In this document: positions 43,818-54,733 of the stretch, one piece after another | Position numbering within the stretch: position 1 is the stretch's first letter | Layout: every line of letters begins with the position of its first letter | Notes under the pieces: generated by a model | What the model was told of the DNA's origin: nothing | What the model saw: only the letters and a program-made list of their open reading frames with translations | Database searches by the model: none | Position numbers and translations under genes: made by a program | Origin: Haemophilus parainfluenzae | Lineage (GTDB): Bacteria; Pseudomonadota; Gammaproteobacteria; Enterobacterales; Pasteurellaceae | DNA: 64,000 bases | NCBI GenBank assembly: GCA_916050345.1 | Contig: CAJZKN010000005.1 | Coordinates: forward strand, 20,529-84,528 | Direction: 5' to 3'

Positions 43818-44056
43818 TCCTTCATAACGGCGAACCGTTAAGATATTTCGATAGTATAAATTCGTGTAGATAATTTATTTGATTTCGTTAAAATAACGTA
43901 TCAACCATTAAATTGATTATAATAATGATCAATTTAAACATAGGCGATTTTAACTATTTTTTAACCGAAAATCCATAATCAAAACTTGTTATAATCGTTT
44001 TAAAACTTGAGCTAGATCACAAAATAAACATTTTTTGTTAAAAAAAAGTAACATTT

Positions 44057-44896
44057 TTGCTACAACCATTTTATTGGGAAAAAATAATGCACTGGATAAT
44101 CCAAAAAACAATCAATTTTTTTAAAAAAACATCTGAAAATCCGACTGCACTTTTCATTGAAAAACAAGATAGTCTGGCTGCGGAAGTCCCTGTTTCTCTT
44201 GTTTATAATGGTATTGCGCATACCGTCATGATGTGTTCTCCACGAGATTTAGAGGATTTTGCTTTAGGCTTTTCACTCGCAGAAGGTATTATTGAGAAAA
44301 AATCAGATATTTATGGCATTGATGTGGTGGAAGTATGCAATGGTATTGAAGTGCAAATTGAATTATCGAGCCGTCAATTTGTGGCATTAAAAGATCATCG
44401 TCGAACATTAACAGGCAGAACAGGATGTGGCATTTGCGGCACAGAACAAATCTCACAAGTTTATAAAAAATTGCCAAAATTAGACCGCACTTTCCAATTT
44501 AATTTAAATTTATTAGATGGCTGCTTAGAACAATTACAAGCTAATCAAGAACTCGGGAAAGAAACAGGTGCAACACATGCAGCGGCCTTTTTTGATTTGT
44601 CCGGCAATTTACTGGCGATTCGAGAGGATGTTGGGCGACATGTCGCGCTAGATAAATTAATTGGCTGGCATGCTAAACAAAATCAACCGCAAGGATTTGT
44701 ACTTGTTTCGAGCCGAGCCAGTTATGAAATGGTTCAAAAATCGGTAGCTTGTGGTATCGAATTACTTGTGGCGATTTCTGCTGCGACAGATCTTGCTGTC
44801 AATATGGCAGAACAACACAATCTTTCCCTTATCGGCTTTGCTCGCCCAGGAAAAGCTAATATCTATGCGGGAAAAGAGCGGTTGGTTTTAGCTTAG
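44057..44896 (+). CDS. fdhD: Formate dehydrogenase accessory sulfurtransferase FdhD
   Basis: Has [40 protein letters not shown], and [12 protein letters not shown]. The start may be the ATG at 44087. Divergent from fdxGHI. Confidence 0.85.
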   Translation: MLQPFYWEKIMHWIIQKTINFFKKTSENPTALFIEKQDSLAAEVPVSLVYNGIAHTVMMCSPRDLEDFALGFSLAEGIIEKKSDIYGIDVVEVCNGIEVQIELSSRQFVALKDHRRTLTGRTGCGICGTEQISQVYKKLPKLDRTFQFNLNLLDGCLEQLQANQELGKETGATHAAAFFDLSGNLLAIREDVGRHVALDKLIGWHAKQNQPQGFVLVSSRASYEMVQKSVACGIELLVAISAATDLAVNMAEQHNLSLIGFARPGKANIYAGKERLVLA

Positions 44897-44907
44897 TTTT
44901 ATCTATT

Positions 44908-44950
44908 AAAAAAGTGCGGTCAAAAACATTCTTATTTTGACCGCGCTTTT
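44908..44950. terminator. Inverted USS pair (aaaaaagtgcggtcaaaaa...ttttgaccgcgcttttt); bidirectional
   Basis: Between the fdhD stop and the convergent SBP gene stop. Confidence 0.6.
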
Positions 44951-44953
44951 TAT

Positions 44954-46000
44954 TTATTCCTTCGGTGATTTGCTATCTAAGAGGACTTCAGAGACCCAAC
45001 GTTGAGTCAGGCGTTTGCCTTCTTGATCCGTACCAAATTTCATAAAATCAATATCCACTAGTTTTAATTTGCTAGCCGGTAGGAAACTTGGTGCAGGTTC
45101 TGCATGGATATTGGTTGGAAGTTGATAAGAGTCTGATTCTTTCCAAGGAATTTCTTGGGCTTCTTTGCTTAGCACGAAATCCATAAACAGTTTGGCATTA
45201 TCAAGGTTTCTCGATCCTTTAATGATGCTTGCCCCGCCTAAAGAATAGCCTACGCCTTCGCATGGTAAAATGCCTTCAACTGGCGCACCATTTTTCTTCT
45301 CACGCGGGTAAACCAGCATAAAACCTAAATCAATCGCCACGGTACCGTTAGCCAAATAGTTGCTCGCAAGACCTGTTTTGGTATGTTGCATGAGATTGGG
45401 TTCTAATTTTTTCAAATAATCGAAAGCTTTTTCTTCTCCCCATAATGTGGAAAAAGTACTGATAAGTGAGTAGCCCGTGCCGGAAACACGGGGATCTGGA
45501 TATTGAATTTGCCCTTGATATTCAGGTTTTAGTAGATCTGCATAACATTTTGGCGCAGGAATATTCAATTCTTTCAATTTTTTAGTATTCACCCCAATGC
45601 CTAGTTCCATTAAGTAAATCACAGAGGTGAAATTACCGCGTTGATCCATTAAAGATTTAAACTGCGGCATGATATCTTTTTGTAATGGAGAACGATAGGA
45701 TTCAAGCAAGCCTAACTCTGCGGCTTGAAGATGGGGTTCAATGGTGCCACCAAACCAGAAATCAGCTTGTGGGTTTTCTTTTTCCACTTTAATTTTGCCT
45801 AACACTACACCAGTACTATTACGCACAAATTGTGCATCTACATTGTATTTTTTACTAAAGGCTTGCGTGACTTTTTCGCATACAACGTTTTGCACGCTGC
45901 AATAGACGGTAAGTTTTCCTTCAGCCTGTGCGTGAGAAGTGTACGCGAGGGCGGTTAGGGCTGAAAGTGCGGTTAATTTTAGCGTTGTTTTTATTGACAT
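44954..46000 (-). CDS. Orphan AfuA-family periplasmic substrate-binding protein (third paralogue)
   Basis: 348 aa with a signal peptide ending AQA. About 45% identical by eye to the two afuA genes at 56151 and 57329 (shared LTVYCS...C, NPQAD.WFGG, PKC, PCEG.GY). Confidence 0.7.
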   Translation of the reverse strand: MSIKTTLKLTALSALTALAYTSHAQAEGKLTVYCSVQNVVCEKVTQAFSKKYNVDAQFVRNSTGVVLGKIKVEKENPQADFWFGGTIEPHLQAAELGLLESYRSPLQKDIMPQFKSLMDQRGNFTSVIYLMELGIGVNTKKLKELNIPAPKCYADLLKPEYQGQIQYPDPRVSGTGYSLISTFSTLWGEEKAFDYLKKLEPNLMQHTKTGLASNYLANGTVAIDLGFMLVYPREKKNGAPVEGILPCEGVGYSLGGASIIKGSRNLDNAKLFMDFVLSKEAQEIPWKESDSYQLPTNIHAEPAPSFLPASKLKLVDIDFMKFGTDQEGKRLTQRWVSEVLLDSKSPKE

Positions 46001-46146
46001 TGTGTCTCCTTTAACTTCGTCAATATTTAGTAATTATTTGATATTGCTAATATAAAGGGACGGAGTAAATTTGTAAATATCAGGTTGTTTAAAAATATAA
46101 TTCCCACTATAATCCCTGTAAATTTAACCAGATTAAAATAAGAGCA

Positions 46147-48324
46147 ATGGATATTTCAGAATTACTTGATGGCTTGAATGATAAACAACGTGAAGCAGTG
46201 GCAGCACCGCTTGGTAATTACCTTGTACTTGCCGGTGCGGGAAGTGGTAAAACTCGCGTACTGACTCATCGTATTGCTTGGTTGATTGCCGTAGAAAATA
46301 TTTCTGAAGGCAGCATTATGGCGGTAACCTTTACGAATAAAGCCGCTGCTGAAATGCGTCACCGTATTCAAGATACTTTATCCAAACATGCTCAATCGAA
46401 TCTATTTGGCATGTGGATTGGGACATTCCATAGCATTGCTCATCGATTATTACGTGCTCACCATTTAGATGTGAACTTGCCACAAGATTTCCAAATTTTG
46501 GATTCTGAAGACCAGCTTCGTTTAGTAAAACGCTTGATGAAATTACACAATTATGATGACAAAGCGTTTCCACCGAAACAAGCGTGCTGGTATATCAATA
46601 ATAAAAAAGATGAAGGTTTAAGACCGCAAGATATCGATGATTTTGGCGATCGTCAGGAAAAAGAGTGGATTAAGATCTACCAAATTTATCAAGATACTTG
46701 CGATCGTGCAGGTTTGGTCGATTTTGCCGAATTACTAATTCGTGCCTATGAATTATTTGCTAAAAAGCCCGTGATTTTGCAACGCTATCAACAACGTTTT
46801 CAGCATATCTTGGTGGATGAGTTCCAAGATACCAACAAAATACAATATGCCTGGATCAAAATTCTTGCCGGCAATACGGGTAAAGTGATGATTGTGGGTG
46901 ATGATGACCAATCTATTTATGGATGGCGTGGTGCGCAAGTTGAAAATATTCAAAAATTCTTAAAAGATTTCAAGGCTGAAACGATTCGTTTGGAGCAAAA
47001 CTATCGTTCTACTGGCAATATTCTGAAAAGTGCCAACCAACTTATTTCGAATAATAGCGATCGTCTCGGTAAGAATTTATGGACCGATGGTGAAATGGGC
47101 GAGCCAGTTGGTATTTATGCGGCATTTAATGAGTTAGATGAAGCTAAATTTGTGGCTTCTCAAATCCAAAACTGGGTAGATGACGGTGGAAAATTAGATG
47201 ATTGTGCTATTTTATATCGTAGTAATAGCCAATCTCGTGTTATTGAAGAAGCCTTGATTCGTTGCCAAATTCCTTATCGTATTTACGGTGGAATGCGATT
47301 CTTCGAACGCCAAGAAATTAAAGATGCGTTGGCGTATTTACGTTTAATTAATAATCGTCAAGATGATGCGGCGTTTGAGCGCGTGATTAATACCCCTACA
47401 CGTGGTATTGGCGATCGTACTTTAGATGTGTTACGAAATTTAACCCGTGAACGTCAAATTACGTTATGGCAAGCTGTTCAAGTGGCCACACAAGAAAATA
47501 TGCTAACGGGGCGTGCTTCAATCGCATTGTTGCGTTTCCAAGAGTTGATTAATTCTTTACAGGTGGATACAGCCGAAATGCCATTATTTGCACAAACTGA
47601 TTTTGTGATTAAACATTCTGGCTTATACGATATGTATAAACAGGAAAAAGGTGAGAAAGGTGAAGTGCGTATTGAAAACTTAGAAGAATTGGTGACGGCA
47701 ACCCGAGAATTTATCAAACCTGATGAAGCAGAGGATATGACCGATCTTACCGCCTTTTTAACTCATGCTTCTTTAGAAGCGGGAGAAGAGCAGGCTTCGC
47801 CGCATCAATCTTGTGTGGAAATGATGACCTTACACTCTGCAAAAGGCTTGGAGTTCCCGCGCGTATTTATAGTGGGGGTAGAAGAGGGCGTATTCCCAAG
47901 TTTCCGTTCATTTGAAGAACCCGGTCGTTTAGAAGAAGAACGTCGTCTTGCTTATGTGGGCATTACGCGAGCTAAGCAAAAACTCACCATTTGTTATGCA
48001 GAAAGTCGTCGCGTTTATACAAAAGAAGAACGTCATTTGCCTTCACGTTTTATTACCGAATTGCCATCAGAATGCATTCAAGAAATCCGCTTGCGTGGAA
48101 CGGTGACTCGAGCATTAAACCAAGCGAAAGTGGGAAGTTTAAGCGCGAATTTGCCTGAGAACGAATGGAAAATGGGACAAAAAGTGAAGCATGAAAAGTT
48201 TGGTTTTGGCACAGTGATAAACGTTGAAGGCTCAGATAATAACACTCGTTTACAAATCGCTTTCCAAGCTCAAGGTATTAAGTGGTTGATTGCGCATTTG
48301 GCAAAATTAGAAAAAGTGCGGTAG
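46147..48324 (+). CDS. uvrD: DNA helicase II (UvrD)
   Basis: 725 aa. N-terminus MDISELLDGLNDKQREAVAAP...AGAGSGKTRVL is near-identical to E. coli UvrD. Length fits UvrD rather than Rep. Confidence 0.9.
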   Translation: MDISELLDGLNDKQREAVAAPLGNYLVLAGAGSGKTRVLTHRIAWLIAVENISEGSIMAVTFTNKAAAEMRHRIQDTLSKHAQSNLFGMWIGTFHSIAHRLLRAHHLDVNLPQDFQILDSEDQLRLVKRLMKLHNYDDKAFPPKQACWYINNKKDEGLRPQDIDDFGDRQEKEWIKIYQIYQDTCDRAGLVDFAELLIRAYELFAKKPVILQRYQQRFQHILVDEFQDTNKIQYAWIKILAGNTGKVMIVGDDDQSIYGWRGAQVENIQKFLKDFKAETIRLEQNYRSTGNILKSANQLISNNSDRLGKNLWTDGEMGEPVGIYAAFNELDEAKFVASQIQNWVDDGGKLDDCAILYRSNSQSRVIEEALIRCQIPYRIYGGMRFFERQEIKDALAYLRLINNRQDDAAFERVINTPTRGIGDRTLDVLRNLTRERQITLWQAVQVATQENMLTGRASIALLRFQELINSLQVDTAEMPLFAQTDFVIKHSGLYDMYKQEKGEKGEVRIENLEELVTATREFIKPDEAEDMTDLTAFLTHASLEAGEEQASPHQSCVEMMTLHSAKGLEFPRVFIVGVEEGVFPSFRSFEEPGRLEEERRLAYVGITRAKQKLTICYAESRRVYTKEERHLPSRFITELPSECIQEIRLRGTVTRALNQAKVGSLSANLPENEWKMGQKVKHEKFGFGTVINVEGSDNNTRLQIAFQAQGIKWLIAHLAKLEKVR

Positions 48325-48433
48325 AATCGGGAGGATTTTATTGCAGCGGGCATGAATATTGATGTTTGTGCTCAAGGTGCCAAGTGCGAAAGCATTCGAA
48401 GAAATGACCGCACTTTTATCATGTGGGAAGTAG

Positions 48434-49438
48434 ATGTTTAAATTTATTTTAAAACGTATTTTAATGGTGATTCCTACCTTTATCGCCATTACTTTTGTGA
48501 CTTTTGCGCTCATTCATTTTATTCCAGGCGATCCTGTGGAGATTATGATGGGAGAGCGAGGTTTAACGCCAGAAGTTCATCAACAAATGATGAAGCAACT
48601 TGGTCTCGATTTACCGTTGTATCAGCAATATTTCAATTATATTGGTAATGTAATACAAGGCGATTTCGGTGAATCATTCCGCACCCAACAACCTGTCCTG
48701 AGAGAGTTTTTCACACTTTTTCCTGCTACCTTTGAATTGGCTTTCTTTGCACTATTTTGGTCGTTAATTGCCGGCATTACGCTAGGAACAATAGCGGCCG
48801 TCAAGAAAGATAGCTGGATTTCTCATACCGTGACAGCTATGTCATTAACGGGTTATTCCATGCCAATTTTCTGGTGGGGATTAATTTTGATCTTATATGT
48901 TTCACCTTGGTTAGACTTACCACAAGGGGGGCGTTTAGAAGATAGCTTCTGGATCGATACACCAACGGGTTTTATGTTAATCGATACTTGGCTTTCAGGC
49001 GTACCAGGCGCCTTTTGGAATGCAATTAAGTCATTGATTCTACCTGCTATTGTGTTAGGTACCATTCCACTTGCGGTAATTACCCGAATGACACGCTCTT
49101 CGATGTTGGAAGTGTTAGGGGAAGATTATATTCGTACCGCAAAAGCGAAAGGCTTAAGTTATACCCGAATTGTGATTGTACATGCGCTACGTAATGCGCT
49201 TATCCCTGTTGTGACAGTGGTGGGCTTGATTGTAGGACAGTTATTATCCGGTGCGGTTTTAACCGAAACGATTTTCTCATGGCCGGGTATTGGTAAATGG
49301 ATTATTGATGCGATTTCCAATCGTGATTATCCTGTCTTACAAGGCGCCGTGTTGATTATCGCTACAATTATTATTGTGGTGAATTTGACGATCGATTTAC
49401 TTTATGGCGTGGTAAACCCACGCATTCGCCATCAATAA
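48434..49438 (+). CDS. dppB: Dipeptide/heme ABC transporter permease DppB
   Basis: N-terminus FILKRILMVIPTFIAITFVTFALIHFIPGDPV aligns closely with E. coli DppB. Confidence 0.85.
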   Translation: MFKFILKRILMVIPTFIAITFVTFALIHFIPGDPVEIMMGERGLTPEVHQQMMKQLGLDLPLYQQYFNYIGNVIQGDFGESFRTQQPVLREFFTLFPATFELAFFALFWSLIAGITLGTIAAVKKDSWISHTVTAMSLTGYSMPIFWWGLILILYVSPWLDLPQGGRLEDSFWIDTPTGFMLIDTWLSGVPGAFWNAIKSLILPAIVLGTIPLAVITRMTRSSMLEVLGEDYIRTAKAKGLSYTRIVIVHALRNALIPVVTVVGLIVGQLLSGAVLTETIFSWPGIGKWIIDAISNRDYPVLQGAVLIIATIIIVVNLTIDLLYGVVNPRIRHQ

Positions 49439-49450
49439 GGAGCCTTATTA

Positions 49451-50347
49451 ATGACGGAACAAACTTTATCTATTGAAACGATTGCGCCTCGCACACCGTT
49501 GCAGGAGTTTTGGTTTTATTTCAAACAAAATAGAGGGGCAGTGATTGGGCTCACTTTTATTCTTGCTGTAGCATTAATCAGTATTTTTGCCCCTTGGATA
49601 GCACCTTTTGATCCTATTGAACAAAATCGTTCAGCTTTATTGTTACCGCCAGCTTGGTATGAAGGCGGCAATTCCGCTTATCTACTGGGTACAGATGACA
49701 TTGGTCGAGATATTCTTTCTCGCATTATTTATGGTACGCGCATTTCTGTTTTTGCAGGTTTCATTATTGTCATTCTATCTTGTATTTTAGGAACGAGCCT
49801 AGGTTTGCTTGCCGGTTATTATGGTGGCGCATTGGATACATTAATTGTTCGTTTTATTGACATTATGTTGGCTATCCCAAACTTGCTTTTAACCATTGTG
49901 GTCGTATCAATTTTAGAGCCATCTTTAACCAATGCGACGTTGGCGATTTCCGTGGTTTCGATTCCAAGTTATGTGCGTTTAACACGTGCAGCGGTATTAA
50001 ATGAGAAAAACAGAGATTATGTCACCTCTTCACGAGTGGCTGGAGCAAGTGTATTACGCTTGATGTTTATTGTCATTTTACCGAATTGCCTTGCGCCTCT
50101 CATTGTGCAAATGACAATGGGGATATCTAATGCCATTTTAGAATTAGCAACCTTAGGTTTCTTAGGTATTGGTGCAAAACCACCAACACCGGAATTGGGG
50201 ACCATGTTATCTGAATCGCGTAGTTTTATGCAGGCGGCCAACTGGTTGGTTACGATTCCAGGTTTAGTGATTTTATCGCTTGTTTTAGCATTCAACTTAA
50301 TGGGTGACGGGCTGCGTGATGCGCTCGATCCAAAATTAAAACAATAG
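49451..50347 (+). CDS. dppC: Dipeptide/heme ABC transporter permease DppC
   Basis: 298 aa, 6 TM, EAA-loop, OppC_N-like N-terminus. Confidence 0.85.
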   Translation: MTEQTLSIETIAPRTPLQEFWFYFKQNRGAVIGLTFILAVALISIFAPWIAPFDPIEQNRSALLLPPAWYEGGNSAYLLGTDDIGRDILSRIIYGTRISVFAGFIIVILSCILGTSLGLLAGYYGGALDTLIVRFIDIMLAIPNLLLTIVVVSILEPSLTNATLAISVVSIPSYVRLTRAAVLNEKNRDYVTSSRVAGASVLRLMFIVILPNCLAPLIVQMTMGISNAILELATLGFLGIGAKPPTPELGTMLSESRSFMQAANWLVTIPGLVILSLVLAFNLMGDGLRDALDPKLKQ

Positions 50348-50355
50348 GGGGCAGA

Positions 50356-51339
50356 ATGGCATTATTAGATGTAAAAGAACTTTCTGTTCACTTTGGTGAT
50401 GAAAAAACACCTTTTAAAGCGGTCGATCGCATTAGCTATCAAGTTAATCAAGGTGAAGTCTTAGGCATTGTTGGCGAGTCTGGTTCTGGGAAATCCGTGA
50501 GTTCCCTTGCCGTGATGGGCTTAATTGATTTTCCTGGTCGTGTTTCAGCGAAAGGCTTATCGTTTGAAGGGAAAGATCTTTTAAGTTTAGCACCAAAAGA
50601 AAAGCAAGAATTGATTGGTGCAGATATTGCCATGATCTTCCAAGACCCGATGACAAGCTTAAATCCTGCTTATACGGTGGGTTTCCAAATTATGGAAGCC
50701 ATTAAAGCGCATCAAGGCGGTAGTAAAAAAGAACGCCGTGAGCGCACCTTAGAGCTATTACGCTTAGTCGGTATTCCTGATCCTGAATCGCGTATTGATG
50801 TCTATCCACACCAGCTTTCTGGCGGGATGAGCCAACGCATTATGATTGCTATGGCGATAGCTTGTAAACCGAGATTGCTCATTGCAGATGAACCAACTAC
50901 AGCACTGGATGTGACTATTCAAGCACAAATTGTAGATTTGTTGCTTGAGTTACAGCAAAAAGAGTGCATGTCGTTAATTCTGATCACGCACGATCTTGCG
51001 TTAGTCGCAGAAGCCGCGCATCGCATTATTGTGATGTATGCAGGACAAGTGGTGGAAGAAGGTCGTGCAGAAGATATTTTTCGTGAGCCAAAACATCCTT
51101 ACACTCAAGCGTTATTACGTTCTTTACCTGAATTTGCCGAAGGTAAATCTCGTTTGCAATCTTTACCCGGTGTGGTGCCAGGTAAATACGATCGTCCACA
51201 AGGTTGCTTGTTAAATCCACGTTGTCCGTATGCGACCGATTTTTGTCGAACTGTTGAACCTGAATTACGTCACGTAGGAAATCGACAAGTTAAATGTCAT
51301 ACCCCATTAAATGCCCAAGGAGAACCAAGCAATGTCTAA
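50356..51339 (+). CDS. dppD: Dipeptide/heme ABC transporter ATPase DppD
   Basis: Walker [17 protein letters not shown], and a C-terminal oligopeptide-ABC extension with the CxxRC motif. Confidence 0.85.
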   Translation: MALLDVKELSVHFGDEKTPFKAVDRISYQVNQGEVLGIVGESGSGKSVSSLAVMGLIDFPGRVSAKGLSFEGKDLLSLAPKEKQELIGADIAMIFQDPMTSLNPAYTVGFQIMEAIKAHQGGSKKERRERTLELLRLVGIPDPESRIDVYPHQLSGGMSQRIMIAMAIACKPRLLIADEPTTALDVTIQAQIVDLLLELQQKECMSLILITHDLALVAEAAHRIIVMYAGQVVEEGRAEDIFREPKHPYTQALLRSLPEFAEGKSRLQSLPGVVPGKYDRPQGCLLNPRCPYATDFCRTVEPELRHVGNRQVKCHTPLNAQGEPSNV

Positions 51340-52315
51340 TGTCGCACAAGAGAATGCTCCATTGCTCAATGCTATCGGGCTGAAAAAATATTATCCTGTG
51401 AAAAAAGGGATGTTTGCAAAAACACAGCAAGTGAAAGCGTTAGATGGGGTGTCTTTTTCTTTAGAACGTGGTAAAACCCTTGCCGTAGTGGGGGAATCTG
51501 GTTGTGGTAAATCCACACTTGGTCGTCTTTTAACCATGATAGAAGAACCGACTGAAGGTGAATTGTATTACAACGGGCAAAATTTCTTAGTCAATGATCA
51601 TGAAACGAAAGCATTGCGCCGTCAGAAAATCCAAATCGTGTTTCAAAATCCTTATGCCTCACTGAATCCGCGTAAGAAAATCGGCACGATTTTGGAAGAG
51701 CCCTTAGTCATTAATACCAATCTATCGGCAAAAGAGCGTAAAGAAAAAGTATTGTCCATGATGGCAAAAGTGGGGTTGCGTGCAGAGTTTTATAATCGCT
51801 ATCCACATATGTTTTCAGGTGGGCAACGTCAGCGTATCGCGATTGCTCGTGGTTTAATGCTTAATCCTGATGTGGTTGTAGCGGATGAACCCGTTTCTGC
51901 GTTAGACGTATCCGTTCGTGCGCAAGTGCTGAATTTGATGATGGATTTGCAAGCTGAGCTTGGTTTATCTTACGTATTTATTTCCCATGATCTTTCGGTA
52001 GTTGAGCATATTGCTGATGAGGTGATGGTGATGTATTTAGGTCGCTGTGTTGAAATGGGCACAAAAACACAAATCTTTAATAATCCTCAGCACCCTTATA
52101 CACAAGCGTTGCTTTCGGCGACACCGAGATTATCGCCTGAATTACGTCGTCAGCGGATTAAATTAAAGGGTGAATTACCAAGCCCGATTAATCCACCAAA
52201 GGGGTGTGCATTTAATCCACGTTGCTGGAAAGCGACCGATAAATGTCGAAATGAACAGCCTAAATTGGAAAAATATCCTGATGGTAAGTTAATTGCTTGT
52301 TTCCATCTCGATTAG
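51332..52315 (+). CDS. dppF: Dipeptide/heme ABC transporter ATPase DppF
   Basis: Start [28 protein letters not shown] aligns to the E. coli DppF N-terminus. It overlaps the dppD stop by 8 nt (translational coupling). Confidence 0.85.
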   Translation: MSNVAQENAPLLNAIGLKKYYPVKKGMFAKTQQVKALDGVSFSLERGKTLAVVGESGCGKSTLGRLLTMIEEPTEGELYYNGQNFLVNDHETKALRRQKIQIVFQNPYASLNPRKKIGTILEEPLVINTNLSAKERKEKVLSMMAKVGLRAEFYNRYPHMFSGGQRQRIAIARGLMLNPDVVVADEPVSALDVSVRAQVLNLMMDLQAELGLSYVFISHDLSVVEHIADEVMVMYLGRCVEMGTKTQIFNNPQHPYTQALLSATPRLSPELRRQRIKLKGELPSPINPPKGCAFNPRCWKATDKCRNEQPKLEKYPDGKLIACFHLD

Positions 52316-52326
52316 AAAGAGAAAAG

Positions 52327-52367
52327 AAAATGACCGCACTTGTTGATTAAGTGCGGTCATTTTTTTA
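52327..52367. terminator. Inverted USS pair (aaaatgaccgcactt...aagtgcggtcattttttt); bidirectional between dppF and sotB
   Basis: Seen in the sequence. Confidence 0.6.
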
Positions 52368-53543
52368 GAGGTTTTGAGTACGATAGCGGAAATTGAAGAA
52401 GACAAAGATGCCAAGTGCAATCATCGCTAATGCTGCCCCCGTAAAGCCAATATATTCAAGACCGACATGACGAGCGATTTGGTTACCAAACAGTGCACCT
52501 GCACCGATACCCGCATTGAAAATACCGGAATAAATAGCACTTGCTACATCCGTTGCGTCAGGAGCAAGTTGTAGTACACGCATTTGTAACGCCAGTCCGA
52601 TACAAGAGATGCCAATCCCCCAAATAAAAGCAAGAGTAAACATCGTGGCGGTATAACTTGCAGAAACAAGCATAAAGGCTAAAGAGACTGCCAATAAAAT
52701 CATTGCCGTACTGATAAATTGGGTTGGACCAAAACGGTATAAGCGGTTAAAGATCACACTTGCGGTAATGCCAGACACCCCAAATACCAACAAAATTATT
52801 GTCGCAAGATTTGGATCGAGTTCGCCGATTTGAACCATAAAGGGTTCAATGTAGGTATAAGCGGTAAAGTGCGCAGAAACAATGATTACCGTTGTGGCAT
52901 AAAGTCCAATCAGTAATGGACGTTTCGCTAAAATTGGCAGACTAGATAACGAGCCTGCATTTTTACTTGGTAGATTTGGCAATAAACGCATAATGAATAG
53001 CATCACAACCAAAGCTAATGCGGCAATGATTGCAAAAGTAATACGCCAACCAACTAATTGACCGACTAAACGGCCTAATGGTAAGCCTAAAATAGTTGCA
53101 AGGGATGTCCCGATAGCGAGCATACCAATGGCTTGTGTTTTCTTATTCTTCGGTGCCACACGCATCACTAATGACGCAGTAATTGCCCAGAAGAGTGAAT
53201 GCGCTACCGCAATACACATACGAGCAATGAGAAGAATCCAATAATTCCACGCAATGACTGAGATAATATGGCCGATGATAAAAATCACAAAAAGTTTCAG
53301 CAATAAGCCTTTACGTTCCATATCACCTGTCGCGAGCATGGCGGGTAAAGACATAATCATAACCGTCCAAGCATAAACGGTCATCATTAAACCCACATCG
53401 GAGCTTTGCATATCAAAACTTTGTCCGATGTCAGTGAGTAACGCAACTGGCACAAATTCCGTGGTGTTAAAAATAAAAGCGGCGCAAGCCATGATGACTA
53501 CGCGCCAATATTGGGTTCTTTCTGCTTTCTGATAAAATGACAT
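52365..53543 (-). CDS. sotB: MFS sugar efflux transporter SotB/YdeA family
   Basis: 392 aa, 12 TM. Extended recalled similarity to E. coli SotB (AAFIFNTTEFVPV, LAPDATDVA, SGIFN.GIGAGAL). Confidence 0.8.
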   Translation of the reverse strand: MSFYQKAERTQYWRVVIMACAAFIFNTTEFVPVALLTDIGQSFDMQSSDVGLMMTVYAWTVMIMSLPAMLATGDMERKGLLLKLFVIFIIGHIISVIAWNYWILLIARMCIAVAHSLFWAITASLVMRVAPKNKKTQAIGMLAIGTSLATILGLPLGRLVGQLVGWRITFAIIAALALVVMLFIMRLLPNLPSKNAGSLSSLPILAKRPLLIGLYATTVIIVSAHFTAYTYIEPFMVQIGELDPNLATIILLVFGVSGITASVIFNRLYRFGPTQFISTAMILLAVSLAFMLVSASYTATMFTLAFIWGIGISCIGLALQMRVLQLAPDATDVASAIYSGIFNAGIGAGALFGNQIARHVGLEYIGFTGAALAMIALGIFVFFNFRYRTQNL

Positions 53544-54730
53544 TATTTTAATTTCTCTTTAATTAATTCCTTAAGTTGATGACGGAAATTTTTATCAATA
53601 TTTAACTTGTATTGTGGTGCATAGCAGCTATCGAAAAAGCGAATAGGCAATGCCAGTTTTTTGTATTTTTCGTCAGTTGATTTTAAAGTTAAATTGATGT
53701 CGCATTGTACATTATCTAAATCAATGGCTCCAGCACCTTCACCTAAAAGTGCGCTTGTTTTTAAGCTTATTTTATCCACTGTGAGTAAGTGGTTTTCAAA
53801 CAAAAGATGTGACTCAAGACGCTCATAAGGTGTGTTCATATTTCTGCTGGCAGTTAAATCACTGTTGTAGTTAATTGGTAAATACTGTGCCGCCATATCC
53901 AATAAATTTAATCCTAAAAGTTCACCATTTTGAGCGTCGAAACTGAATTCTCCTTTGGTGAGTTCAGAATTGGTTAGCGCGAGCTGGATATTAAAATCAG
54001 CATTGCCAGTTAATGTATTAGGAAAATTCAGTAAGGCGGTGAGCTGTGTCATTGGGAAATTTTTACCGGAAAAATTGACCGCACTTTGTTGCTCTTTATG
54101 ACTAAATTTAAAAGTGGCTAAACAATGTTGGCAATCTGGCTGCAGATAGGCATTGACTGTTTTAATCGGTTTTGAGAAATCAACGTAAGTTTCAATGTAA
54201 CCCAGAGGTTGTTGATTTAAACGGGCATTGACAAATTGAATCAGATTTTTGCCTTGATGGTTTAGGTTAATATTTCCCTTGCTGAACGCAAATTGATATT
54301 TTGTGTTTGTGCCATAAATAGGTTTATCAAGAGAAAAACTAATCTCACTTTCACCTTTAAACGCAATGTTTTGGTTAAAAATATTTTTAAGTGAAAAATC
54401 AGTAAAACGACCATGAATATTGGCATGGTTTAAGGCTTGTTCACTCAGTTTGAAATGAGTAATTTGTACTTCTTCTAAAATCGGATTGCCTGAAAAAAGC
54501 GGGAAGAGCGCAAATTTAGCCTCAAGGTTTTCAGCCGAAAGTTGATGGTATTTTACCTCAGATAAATTCACCGTTGGCTGTGGTAGAAGATTTACTGAAA
54601 AATCATTTACTTGAATGTTATATTGCACCAAATGCTCGACGATACTGCTTTTCAGTTGATTGAGTTGAATATAAAAAAAAGTAAAGATCGCAAACAGCAC
54701 GATCAACAGGCTAATTGCGATCTTTTTCAT
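53543..54730 (-). CDS. asmA: AsmA-family protein, short form (N-terminal membrane anchor plus AsmA-like domains)
   Basis: Occupies the conserved udk-dcd-asmA position. Single N-terminal TM. Only 395 aa versus about 617 aa for E. coli AsmA. Confidence 0.6.
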   Translation of the reverse strand: MKKIAISLLIVLFAIFTFFYIQLNQLKSSIVEHLVQYNIQVNDFSVNLLPQPTVNLSEVKYHQLSAENLEAKFALFPLFSGNPILEEVQITHFKLSEQALNHANIHGRFTDFSLKNIFNQNIAFKGESEISFSLDKPIYGTNTKYQFAFSKGNINLNHQGKNLIQFVNARLNQQPLGYIETYVDFSKPIKTVNAYLQPDCQHCLATFKFSHKEQQSAVNFSGKNFPMTQLTALLNFPNTLTGNADFNIQLALTNSELTKGEFSFDAQNGELLGLNLLDMAAQYLPINYNSDLTASRNMNTPYERLESHLLFENHLLTVDKISLKTSALLGEGAGAIDLDNVQCDINLTLKSTDEKYKKLALPIRFFDSCYAPQYKLNIDKNFRHQLKELIKEKLK

Positions 54731-54733
54731 TGA

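Noticed and set aside
43818-43990. TTGAT-N8/N10-ATCAA palindromes as canonical FNR sites
   Set aside because: Spacer length is wrong for FNR (N4). They are kept only as a low-interest observation.
48350-48445. 31-codon ORF (MNIDVCAQGAKCESIRRNDRTFIMWEVDV) in the uvrD-dppB spacer, considered as a possible leader peptide
   Set aside because: It has no RBS or attenuator-like alternative hairpins. It overlaps a single USS copy and is most likely chance.
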